From Botryllus schlosseri (Eukaryota), in the NCBI GenBank assembly GCA_051294905.1, contig CM119384.1, positions 24,738,001 to 24,802,000 of the forward strand: a stretch of DNA of 64,000 nucleotides. The letters are read 5' to 3'. This document shows positions 1 to 11,460 of this stretch, one piece after another. The position numbers and the translations under genes are program-made. The notes beneath the pieces are model-generated. The model worked only from the letters and a program-made list of their open reading frames with translations. It did not search any database and had not been told where the DNA came from. Numbering within the stretch: the first letter of the stretch is position 1; each line of letters begins with the position of its first letter.

Positions 1-1035
1 GAATTCCGGTAATTTTTCATGTTACATATTGCGCATTAACCCACCATCGCTTCAATACTGTGTCAATATTTAATCAGCAAATGTGGAATTTTTATTGAAA
101 CGAATCGTAGTCTTTTCCGCCATAATATAAATGTTATCTCAAAAATCGATCAGAATTAATCGCAGACTATGCCAACAGAACCGTGCACCAAGCCCAACTG
201 ACCCCAAATGTATGCACCACGGATGAATCAATTCAAAATTATGAATCTCGTGATTGTCTGCAAGGAGTTGATTTAGTTGAGACTAGTAATTTATAGTGAT
301 GACTAAATTGATGTTACAAATTTGTAAATTTCGAAATGGCAATTTGTTAATTATTTTGAAAACTATTTCGACTATTCCACAATATCAAGCTTATACTACT
401 TCTGGGCTCGAACGCTCTTCAATAATCAATATCAGCATTAGGTTTCATGCCCAATGTAAGGTGCCGGTGACCAGTTCTCCCTCTGCAGCAAGCTATGATC
501 TGTTGTTGACTAAGATTCTTTTCAGTCTGTGCTGATCAAGTTACCGGCACGGCTCGCATATATGTTTCGGGGCTCAGTGCAATTTTTCTCAATTCATAAA
601 TCTCTTATCCTATATCCCTCCTAGATTATCTGAATTCTTTCAAGCACTGCTGTGCATACAAGTATGGATGAGCGTTGCTTGCATTTTATTCTCGGTAACT
701 GTGGCAGTGATATCAAAACAACGTGCAGAAAATTGTCAAGGATAGACTTATAAGAAATGAATCATGCCTCACGTACAGTGGATACAGACATGGTGTGTTA
801 TGCTGTTTGTTATCCTCGCCATAGCGCTATAAAAGCAATGCCGTGTTGGACTATATAGTGGGTTGCACTCGAGTGTTGCAAATAATTGTCTTGCTGAGGC
901 TGTGAAAATCGGTATTGCGTTTCTGATCCAAGGTCTCTTTTTTCTGTGCCGCTGCTTCATATGCTTTAAGCTAGGTTTTGGTGACTCGCCGATCTTGATT
1001 TGATATCTTGGATATCTTTTGCGATGTTTGGCACC

Positions 1036-1507
1036 CAGACTTGTACAAACTACAAACTAGTTTGTTGATGGACAATTACCTACTATTTTTTTGAGTAGTT
1101 CCAATTCTTCTTGTGAATTTGAAAACTAGAAAAACTCGAAAAAACGTGCCATCGTTTGGCGTGAATCGTTATTATTATATTATTTGGTGTGATGTTCTTG
1201 CAGCCATTGTTAGCTCAGAATCATCACTGCTTACATTGGGATAGCCAGGAGTGTTTGGGGGGTCGGAACCACTCCCATCTCAGCCGATTCCGATAAACTA
1301 AAATTAATGAGTTTCAGAATTGAATCTAGTAATTGTGTGTTAGGTAGCTGCGGATTTCTAAAGGCCATTTGTTCTAGTTGTGACTTTTGAAAAATGGGTA
1401 GTTGTAGTTGTAGTTGCAAGTCTTGAAATTTGAGTATAGTTGCGAGTTTTGAATAGCGAGTAGTTCTAGCTTAACATTTTTGAAATCCAGTGGTTTGTAC
1501 AAGTCTG
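1036..1507. mobile_element. Non-autonomous hAT-type MITE (CTAGAACTA/GTAGTT-rich family)
   Basis: TIRs cagacttgtacaaac (1036) and gtttgtacaagtctg (ends 1507). 8-bp TSD ttggcacc (1028-1035) / ttggcgcc (1508-1515), 1 mismatch. Confidence 0.75.
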
Positions 1508-1520
1508 TTGGCGCCTACAT

Positions 1521-2008
1521 CTACACAGATAGCTCTTGGTATTGTGTCTGACTATGGCAGGATTGTGACACGGTTCTCAGAAGATATCGATACAATTTGT
1601 CGTTTTTGTCATATTTACTCTTGAAGAGGAAGCAGCTAATTTTCTCCAGTGATCCAATCACTTTGGGTGCCAGAGCGGTTTGCTCCTTGTGCAGGAAGAT
1701 GGTTTTGTGCTTCATATTGGATCGGCGATGGTATTGCAGCAACAGCTGGAATTCAGTTGGTTCGTTTTGGTCGGCACCGCTAGACAGGTCTATGAACATC
1801 ACGATCACGTTGTTGTTGTTTTTGATGCTGTTTTGGAACCATTGCTGAAGCCCAGCGCTGACGATGGCCTTTGTATTGCTCCAACTGCTTCGAATTTGTA
1901 TTCCGAGTTCTCTGCTTAGCTGCTCCATGGAACTGTGGATCTCTTCCGTTTGTTTTTGGTCGATTGTGTTTGCTATCGCAATGATGGTTGTTTTATCATG
2001 TCCGGTGC
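1521..2008 (-). CDS. SEFIR-like cytoplasmic exon of paralogue Y
   Basis: Acceptor tttttcaag at 2010-2009, open 162 codons to TAG. LSRELGIQIRSSWSNTKAIVSAGLQQWFQNSIK..VIVMFI aligns with the X SEFIR exon and with the SEFIR core pattern (I..G...W...I...D.VIV). Confidence 0.75.
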
Positions 2009-5000
2009 CTTGAAAAATTTACAGCTGATATAAAATGTTTTCTAGCACTTTTAATCCTGGCACACGAACCGTTCTTAACACCACAGATGATGCAGATATT
2101 GATATAAAATAACAAGTCAGGCCATATTCACTGATGTCATGATTAGTTATTGTTTAATTTATTGCTTTGCTGGCTAGTGAATGTACGTTACCCAATTGAT
2201 ATAAAAGGTCTCTGATAAAAAAATAACACTGAAAATCTATCCTACAGATTTTTAGCCAATCAAAAACTACATCAAATTATCTTATTCGAACTAGATTTTA
2301 GTAATCCAGACTCTTCTTTGCGATATGGTATTGAGTCATGTCTTTGTAAAGTCAAAGTGCTCACCATTGGATTTTCTGCTCTTCCGTCTTTTTATAACTA
2401 ATACAGTGATCGCTAGCATTATCATTATCATCGCTAGCATTACAGTGAACACGCTTGTAATGATGACAATCGATTTCGATGTGTTCGATCCCAATGCAAT
2501 TTGGTTAGCTGCAAGTGAAAGAAGTATTTCATCCACAAAATATTAACTTGATATCATTTGTTCCATGTTCACTCAACTGTCTGTTGTTAGAGATTCCCAT
2601 GCTGTTGTTGCTGTTGTGCTATCATGACTGCCAATCTTATCTTTGCCATCTGCGAAGTAAAATTTAGGGGTTATGTTTCATTCTGTGTATGGGTATCAGC
2701 TTTTGTGTGAATAATGATTGCAGAAAGGACAGTAGCCTATGAATAAAAAAATCTTACTGTTTCTGGATGAGCTGACAGCTTCTGGTGCGTTTGGCTTCTT
2801 ACTTTGTGTCTTGGCAATCTTCTTCTTCCCTGTCCGATAAAAATCATAATTGGTTTGCTGACTCTCTTGTGATGTTTGTAAATCCTGTAATTTTACTGGT
2901 TTTTGATTTACGCTTCCCTGCTTTCATCTTCCTTGTCTCTCTTCCTACATGAAAGGGAGAGTGACATTTACCATAATGTGACTCAGCCTGGTGCAGGAAT
3001 TTCATGCCTCTCGTAAAAAATTTTACAAACGAAAAGTGCAGCTGATCGGCGACTGTGCTTGTTTTAATGTGGTCACAATGTGGTGTAGAACTCTTTACGC
3101 CAGATGTTGTTTTATCAAACTTCCATGTGCATTTTGGCATCTTAGACAGACTGTCCATTTTAGATTGATCAAATTCTGTTAGACACTATTGATTAATGCC
3201 CACAGTGTCAAACAGATCAAATTATCCTTGTTACTAACAAATGAAAACCTTCTAGCGGGCTTGTACTGGACTTTGATGTTGATTTGATATTTGCCTTTCT
3301 GAAATTTGACGTTTCATACCAAATTGCCTTTTGTACCTGGGATTTTGAAATTCTTTGTAGCGATTTGGTCATGATCGTACGCCTTCGGAAGAGGAAGCCC
3401 CTTGACTTCTATTCGGATGGAGTCATCGGATCTGAACGGTGTTCCACAGCGTATGAAATTGAAATGCAGGAATGAACTCTGTCACAAAAGAGCTGCAGTG
3501 ATTACGTTCGCATTCTTTTCAAGGATGGTTGACTTGTACAAACTACTGTAATCAAGTTAGTTGGCAGTCAATCAACTACTATTTTTTGAGTACCGTAATT
3601 TTCCGAATATAGTGCGCCCCCATGTATAATGCACACCCTTAAAATGGCGTGTAAATTCTGGGAAAAAGCCTGTACCCGTGTATAGTACGCACCCTGCATT
3701 CGCAGTACATGAATACTGAAGAGTTGTGTTTTAGTACACGATGTTGTTCTGTTTTGCGATGTCACTGTCGAACAATGATGACATAAACATCGCTAATAAT
3801 CATAATACAATTAACGGCATTGTCTCTTAACGAGAGTAGATAGTAGCCAAAGCCTGCGAGGCTGGCGACGCGATAGTTCAGGCTAGCGACACACGACATC
3901 TTGCGCACGAGGCCTATTACAATTACAGATGCGATTGCTCAGGCCAACGGTTATGTCGGGTCGCACCAGTCCTGTTGGAGATTATAGCTTAGGCACATGG
4001 CCTCTTGTGTATGCGATTGTTAAGGCATGCACATCCCCTCTTGTGTATGCGATTGTTAAGGCATGTCGGTTGCGCGATGAATCAGCAAGGATTGCTGTGC
4101 ATGCTTGTAGCAATCAGCGACTTAATTTCGCTCGCGTACAAACGGCAAACTAACTCAGCAAGACATCGCGTGCTGTGCAGACGACACTCATTAATTGGAA
4201 ACACGCTTTCCGTTAATTGGCAACACGCTTCTGTATTTGGCAGCACGTTTCACTCTATAATACGAATTACGGGGCACGTTGGCTAGAGGTGAGTGGCGAT
4301 GCGCGATTGGGAACAAACATGAAGAAAGGTGTGAATTCAAGTTTTTGGTCAAGGGAGATTTTTTTCAAGGCTTGCTGTACCCATGTATAATACGCACCCC
4401 CCTATTTTAGAGCAAAAAATTGGTAAAATTTTGTGCATTATACGTGGAAAATTACGGTAGTTCTAATTCTAGTTCTAGTTGCCCACTATGAAAATCTAGA
4501 AGTTTGTACAAGTCAAAATCAGACGGGTTACATGGTGGCTTGCAGACTTCCTAGGTACTGGTACCTGGCCTCCCGACGTGGTGTATTGCGTTTTGTTCGG
4601 CGTGATCTTGAATCGAGATTTGTATTTGATGTAAATCTCGTTGAATTCAAATCCGATGATGTAGCCCTCGATGTCTCCGCTTATAATATCCGATTCTGTA
4701 ACAACATATGAAACGTTGGTGGCAATGTGGAAAAATGCGTGTCTTGGTCTACAAGTTGAGTTGAGTTGGTCTACAAAATTTACAGCTTTTCAAAGTTTGA
4801 TTTGATGCAGCATTACACAGATTCTTCTCAACTTTTATTCCAAATTAGATTAGAATTGAAATTACAGAATTTGCCAAGAAAATACTACAGAAATCAGGCG
4901 CAGTTCGTATCAAATCTGAGATTGTTCATAAGCACGAGAATGACAAATGCCGGTACACCAATCTTGGGCTCGGTTCGAATTAGTCAGTTCTCCTATAACA

Positions 5001-8000
5001 TTTTCAGAAAACCACAAATTAGACTATTGCTGGTAAGGTTTATGTATTCACTGTCATCATTTAGTGCTGTCAAATCTTGCAATGGTACTCACCAAATATT
5101 TACCCCGATATGGTTAAAGATGAAAAACGGGCTTGGACCGAGCAGTTTTGATTTCACTTGGCATCATTTTTATAAATCACGCTATTGTGGTGGACATCTT
5201 ACCTCTCTGCTTCCATGAGATATTCATTTTGTTTTCGTGTCTGTTCCAATCAATTGACAAACCTTCTGGAGCGGGTGCTGGGGCTTTTGTGTGGTCGGTT
5301 TCCTCGTACTTTGTGTCATCTAAACAGTGTGAAAAGCACTATAATGATAGCCCTGTCTCTGATTGCATTTTCAATGATAAGCTGGTATCTATTGATTCTT
5401 TTATAGATTATAGGATGAGGACTATATTGACTACTCCGAATCTTTGTTACCAGTAACATAGATGGCTTTTCCTTTTATTGGCTATGGATAGTTCTAGTTA
5501 TCTTAATTTTAGTAATCCGCTACCATTTCCATCTTTTGAATTTTTTCAATTTCCATTAATTAAAAACACTTTCAGCCCGGTTCATATTTGCTCCCATTGT
5601 GATTGCTATATCAAAATTGGATTGCCAAAACAAGTAAAGACACCAGTAAATTTCCATTTGCTTTGAGGGAATTGTTTTCTTAACCAAAGCAATGCTGACT
5701 CGCATATGTGTCACTCTCCATTTTAATATGAGGTTAGGGTTCTTGCTAATGCTGGTAGAAATGTTGGTGGTTGCATTATCTTAACTGAGAATAAATATCT
5801 CGTTGTGGGTTTAGAATTCATGTTGATTTGTCATTTCCGAAAGATTACGATATCGCAATCCTATTGTGGCTCAGCCACGGAAGTCAATGTGATTTCCAAG
5901 TAGGAGAAATCATTAGGAAAGCCAGTCTCCAGGTACCAGTAGTTGTTTACACCTACAATAAATTTACTGATTCTGATTTGTGAAAGTGATTATCAATTTC
6001 TTTGGTGTAAATCCACATCAATTTGATATGGTTTCGCTTTCGTTGTGAATGGAAAATATGCTGATTCGAAGCAGTCCTTTTTCAGAATTACTTGAGTGAT
6101 GGATTTCAATCAAGTTTTTGTGATCGGTGACATTTATTACGCTGTGACACACTGGCATTGAGTGGTATTTTTTCACATTTGATGAATTTCATAATGATCC
6201 ATCCAAGATGGGTTCACATTTAATAACACTGGGCAACAATTTTAAACAAAAAATTTGTTGATTTCGATTTGGCACTTGATTTAGGCTAATTTTGGCGTGC
6301 TGATTCCAGAAATGCCACTGGTTTTCTTCTATCACACCAAGTTTTTGCTCTACGACATATCCCCAAAATATGCAAATTTTCACGGATTTAGTCATATCAC
6401 TTTTCCATGCCATATAAAAATCCACACTTTTACCATATAATAAGTTATCTAGCCAAGGGTTCAATTGAATTATTAAGAATAAAGGTAGTGGTATCGATCT
6501 AGTAGGCCAATGCTTTCTCCCATTTTTGGTTAGAGGATGCAACCATCCGATGATATTTCACAGCACACATATTTGATGCAAACTGCAGGAGATGGCAAGA
6601 AAAATAATCATTACATTTACTCTCAGCTATGGGTTCAATGCCCCATTCAGCTTATCCGGTGTACCGTAATTTTCCATGTATAATGCGCAAAATTTTCACG
6701 ATTTTTTTCCCTAAAATCGGGGGGTGCGTATTATACATGGGAACAACACGCTTGAAAAAAATGCCTCGATAAAAAACTTGAAATCACACCTATCTTCATT
6801 CTTCATGTTTGTTTCCAATCGCGCATCACTTTCAGCCATCGTGCGTAGTAATTAGTGGGAAGCGTGTATCCAATTAACGAGAGTCGTGTGCAAAAGCACG
6901 CGATCTCCTGCTGAGTTGGTTTGCCGTTTGTACGCGAGCGAAATTAGGTCACTAATAAGACACTCGTGCGTGGCAATTCTCGCCAATTCATCGCGTCAAC
7001 GACAGGCCCGAACAATCGCATACGCAATTTATACATACACAAGAGGCCATGTGCGCAAGATATAATCGCTTGCGTAATCAGTCGCATCTCCGACAGACCT
7101 GTTGCGCATGACATAACCGTTCGCCTAGGCGCAATCGCATCTATAATAGGCATCGTGCGCAAGATGTCGGTTCGTTGGCCTAAACTAACTCGCCGCCGGC
7201 CTCGCAGGCGTTGGCTGCTATCTACTATCGTTTAGAGATAATACCGTTAATTGTATAATGATTAGCAATCGCATCTGTAAAAGGTCTCCTCGTGCTCAAG
7301 ATGTCGTGTCGCTAGCCTGAACTATCGCACCGCCCGCCTCGCAGGCTTTGGCTGCTATCTACTATCGTTTAAAGACAATCACGCTAATTGTATAATGATT
7401 AGCGATCGTTGAGTAATGATTGTTCAAGAGTGACATCGCAAAACAGAATGACATCGTATACGAAATCGGAACTATTCATGTACTGAAATGCAGGGTGCGT
7501 ACTATACATGGGTACAGGCTTTTTCCCAAAATTTACATGCTATTTTAGGGGTGCGTATTATACATGGGGGCGTACTATACTTGGAAAATTGCGGTCACTT
7601 TAAACTGCTATATGCTCGATAATTTGGATCAAGATGAAGATCTTAGGGATAGCAGGCCTAATGATGTAGATTTTGAAATTGAAAATGATTCAGAATGTAG
7701 AGTAGTCCATCAACACTAATTATTGATCTGACATAGGCTTTGGGACTTGGCATAGAAATTTTCGGAACTTTTTACATCCTTACAAAGTGAGAAAAGATTG
7801 CTTGGCAAGGTAGAGAAGGTATCTCACTTTCGATCAAGAGAATCAGCCTTTTCTTCGTTGGCCTATTTTCGGTAGCTTTGATTGCTGTGATTCTGGTATT
7901 GGCATGATACTGTCACCATGGATTACTGGAGGAGTTAGGAATCCCCATTAAGAACTCAAGTCAATGACAAATGCCTATAGGCAGCTCAAGAGGATCCTAA

Positions 8001-9336
8001 AGTGTGGCATTCTCTAAAATGGCAACATCTTAAGTGCAGTAACAATTGCACACTCAGTGACTCTTCGTGAATAATACAGAAACATTGAGAACAATACAGA
8101 AACATAGAATTGTTGCAATATTAAGAGCACAATTGGATCGTATGTGTCAGCTTTGAAACATTGTGTTTTCTTTGTTTTTCGGACAATAAGGATGCACGGT
8201 ACATGCAGCCCTGATACACATGTGCCACTGGCTCACTGCCATATGTTTATGTCGGACAGCAGACATTAAAAAAAAACTAAAATATCTTGATAATTTCCCT
8301 GAAGACCTTGACATAGTCAGAGATGGCCAAGGAGAAAATGTCTCCCAACATCTGAAGATGATGGGGATAAGATACCAGAGTAGATTTGAGCTTACATATG
8401 TTAGCTGATTGTTGCTCGAGTATCAAACTAGACAACCTACAGAATTATGGGTTATTAGCGTGAATTTGGACCCTGAAACTCGCACTTTATTTGTCCTGTA
8501 CAAGCAATATCAGTTTAAATCAACCAAATAAAGCAGTGCAAATGTTTATTTGAAGTCTAATGATTTACTTTCGACTGGTTGTAGTTTTTGAAACGTTTTA
8601 TACAATAAACACAAAATATTAAATGTAGTGCTATCATGTGGGTTTTGAGGCAATGTGGGGGTACCTAACGCAAAAACTTGACGTGATAGAGAAAAACGGA
8701 AGTCATTTTTGAATTCAGCGCCCAAAAGTTAGTCACAATCGATTGCCTGATCAAATTCAACAAAAACTGTGTTGACAAGTGTAATCCGTTAAAATGTAGT
8801 TTTCTACAAAGATGCTGTGAGTTTACTTAACTCAAATGTATCTGGAATGCCAAATTAAATGTTGATTTTCGTCACATTCACAAATCTATGTTTTGCCTAT
8901 TTCTGTCACTACAGGAACTTTTGTTTTCACCTTGGGCTTGTAACTCAATACTGAAATTCAATCCATGTATGTAGGTCATAGCACCTCAACATATCGCTGT
9001 GATGGTGAACCAATTCAAAACTTCCTACTTCTAAGTAACATTCTAGTTGCATAGGACATAGTTATGTTGTGTAACGGAATAAATTCCGGTTAAATGCGAA
9101 GACCGTGATCTCAATTTTGATGCATAGTTAGTAAATGCAATACTTTATCTCAGTTTCTACATCCACCTGTAGTGATTTCAGTATCGGCACTTACAGTTCA
9201 CATCGCAGGTGAAGTAGCTCCCATCTTCGAGGATGACGGATTCTTCCCTTTTGTAGCATGATGAATCACATCTTACTGTGGCTGCGGGATTTAGAAAACT
9301 CAGCATAAGCACTATATTGGTGACTTGAAAGCTCAT
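1521..9336 (-). CDS. IL-17 receptor-like SEFIR-domain type I membrane protein, paralogue Y copy A (potentially intact, ~514 aa spliced model)
   Basis: Phase-compatible GT-AG exons: 9336-9195 (signal peptide MSFQVTNIVLMLSFLNPAAT + C-x3-C-x10-DG-x4-C-x-V), 5319-5203 (PEGLSIDW..NISWKQ, FnIII-like), 4695-4565 (GDIEGYIIGF), 3478-3337 (IRIEVKGLP), 3175-2972, 2944-2912, 2829-2758, 2649-2578 (basic/S-T stalk), 2508-2365 (TM + KRRK), 2008-1521 (SEFIR). No stop in this chain. The exon1-to-5319 join and the 3337/3175 boundaries are inferred. Confidence 0.6.
3529..4516. mobile_element. CTAGAACTA-family MITE interrupted by a Tc1/mariner-type MITE
   Basis: Ends ttgacttgtacaaact / agtttgtacaagtcaa match the 1036-1507 family. 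A remnant without the nested insert is present in unit B (~21530-21605). Confidence 0.55.
3593..4457. mobile_element. Tc1/mariner (pogo/Tigger-like) non-autonomous element
   Basis: TIRs ccgtaattttcc / ggaaaattacgg flanked by TA (3591-92, 4458-59). Empty site in unit B (~21545). Internal 36-bp tandem at 4001-4065. Second copy inverted at 6664-7594. Confidence 0.85.
6227..8781 (+). mobile_element. Chapaev3-like (CMC) DNA transposon relic with decayed transposase
   Basis: Ends cactgggcaac / gttgacaagtg, ~120-bp imperfect inverted termini, 3-bp TAA TSD (6224-26, 8782-84), absent from unit B (~23300). Broken transposase pieces SELFTSLQSEKRLL..VSHFRSRESAF, HGLLEELGIPI, RILKCGIL*NGN, YLDNFPEDL..DGQGE..QHLKMMGIRYQ. 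Superfamily call rests on the TWA TSD and remembered motifs. Confidence 0.75.
6664..7594. mobile_element. Tc1/mariner-type MITE nested in the Chapaev3-like element
   Basis: ta|ccgtaattttcc ... ggaaaattgcgg. Reverse-complement homologue of 3593-4457. Confidence 0.8.
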
Positions 9337-10945
9337 AATTACTAAATACCAGTCGGGAAATGAAGTCAGTATTTTACACTGTAGGCAAAAGTTATGTTAA
9401 TTATCGACCTCTAGTATTTATCTCTGAAATCTTGCCTCTTCGTCTGCAAACCAGTTAGTAATATTTGCTTCTCATTTCTTATTATTCTAGTATTTGAGAT
9501 ATTTCACCATTCTGTACTCTCTACCAAACCTGGTATAATAACTCAAGATGTGTGAGTCAGCACCTCAGACTCTCTTCTACGGCTGGCTGAGGCTTCTGAT
9601 ATCGCACAACAATTGGTAAAACAAGTATATCTACCGCCTTTTCTCTCTTGTATTTTCCTTCTTTGATATTTGCTCAGACCACAAAATTTTGGTTGATTGA
9701 AAAGCATTTGATGATAATTTTGACAGTGTGACACTTTAACCTCCATTGCTTGGCACGAAGGTAGTAGGTACATCTACAGGTGGCCGAATATAAACCATCA
9801 TTGGCAATTGGCATAACTCATAAATATTACTATTCGGTGACTTCAAACAAGGTTTTTCTCATAAATATTGGTAGCCGTGATACATGTATTATAGTTCAAT
9901 AATATCTTACCACTTTAGCCTATAGACTATAAAAGTATCTTCCTATTTTATTGACTTAGTCTTCATGAATTTTCGTCTACTTGGAACATTAAATTTCAAC
10001 CACACTTTTTCTGAAAATATTGATGGCATATTACATCTGATCTGATAAGTAAAGATAAATTTCCATTCGCAATTAGTCATGAGATTACCATTTCCGTTGT
10101 AACAACACATATTAATGCAGCCTGGTAGCATACGACTTGAGTTTATTCTCCTGTAAAGTCTGTGTTTTATTTATTCCATTGGTATAAATGCCCTGAGGCC
10201 TGATATAAATACCCCTGGTAGATCCCATCCCATTGCATTTTGTAAAAGAAAATTTAATTTACTCCTTCATTATAAAAGAAGCTAATCAAAGCAGTTGTGT
10301 ATTTAGTACAGTTGATTGTTATCCCTAGCATGTCAATGCATCAAATGAAATCATACACCCTCATACTGGATGATAAGTCTTGCTAGTGCAACGAATGCAA
10401 TGCACTAGCAACTAATGTACAATTGCACATTTCTCTCCCATATCTAAAATTGGATTAGGGAAGTGTCTGTAAATTATAAATGCATCTTTGCGAATATGAA
10501 ACATGAAGTCGTCTTGAGCAATTCAAAATCATCATTTTCTCAATGATCAGCAACTTTTTGCAAAACATAATGTAATAAACTTCACAGATTTTGCTGCCAA
10601 TATCTGAGATATTGCAAATACGCCGTGCTTTCATGAATGTCCACATTTTAACGTGGATGTAAATCCCGATTATTTTGTGTAACTTGAAGTCCTGTCATCA
10701 GCCGATGGAGTATTCCATAGAATTAGCTATTATTTTGAATTTTCGTTTCAACATTCTGAAATTTCTGTTGACATGCACAGTGCATGAGTGTTAGAAGGAA
10801 GGGAGACTTTTGAATGCTTATTAATTCACAGGGATTACCGGGTCTAATCCAGCCCGAATGCAATCACTCTTCTGACACCAATATCTCGGCAACTCTTGTT
10901 GTTGCTGTGTAGGACCCATTTACTTGGCTTATTGCACTTTCGTTT

Positions 10946-11460
10946 TCAACCACGTGACCTCTTCATGCAAAGTCTTTTTATGTACTGAAAAAAGTCATCT
11001 TCCTCCGTGTAATCACTCTTCAAAGCAAACATTGTGAAATTCTTGAGTGCTTTGTGATCATTTGGTGGCTTGCTTTTAGATGCTTGCAGTAAAATACTCG
11101 TCTTTTGATTGCTATGCCTGTGATTAAAAAAGTGATTCCAGAATACTTGAAATTCCGTCTCCTGATCTTGATTGATTTGTGTTAAGGAGATGAAAATGAT
11201 GATGTCAGCCCTTTGAATCTCTCTTTGAAACCAAGGCAGCGACCCTATGAGGCTTATTTGGTTTCGATCTCTCCAATTACTTCGCATTGTAAGCCCAAGA
11301 TGTTGTGACATGATTTCCATTGTTGTGTGATACCTTTGGACCTCGTCAGAGTCTTCCATGTTGGCTATGGCAAGGATTTCTTTCAGGCCTGCGAAAATAT
11401 GATAGTCGTGTGTGGATATCCATGATAACGGATAGGCTATTGAGATTTTGGGCTGTGAAC
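10946..11460 (-). CDS. SEFIR domain exon of paralogue X (copy A)
   Basis: Acceptor ttcttag, 171 open codons. PKISIAY ~ SEFIR box1 PKVFIVY. RDRNQISLIGSLPWFQREIQRADIIIFI ~ SEFIR core (NEIAEIGPVAWLERQIQEADKVIVV, recalled consensus). Confidence 0.82.

Noticed and set aside
1597-1919. Plus-strand ORFs 1597-1848 and 1680-1919, and similarly 11320-11520
   Set aside because: They are antisense shadows of the SEFIR exons.
3929-4286. ORFs with repeated peptide (LVYAIVKAC) as a repeat protein
   Set aside because: They are translations of the 36-bp tandem inside a MITE; the same applies to 6944-7235.
8220-8408. 62-aa ORF as a host gene exon
   Set aside because: It lies inside the TSD-bounded Chapaev3-like element and matches its transposase C-terminus.
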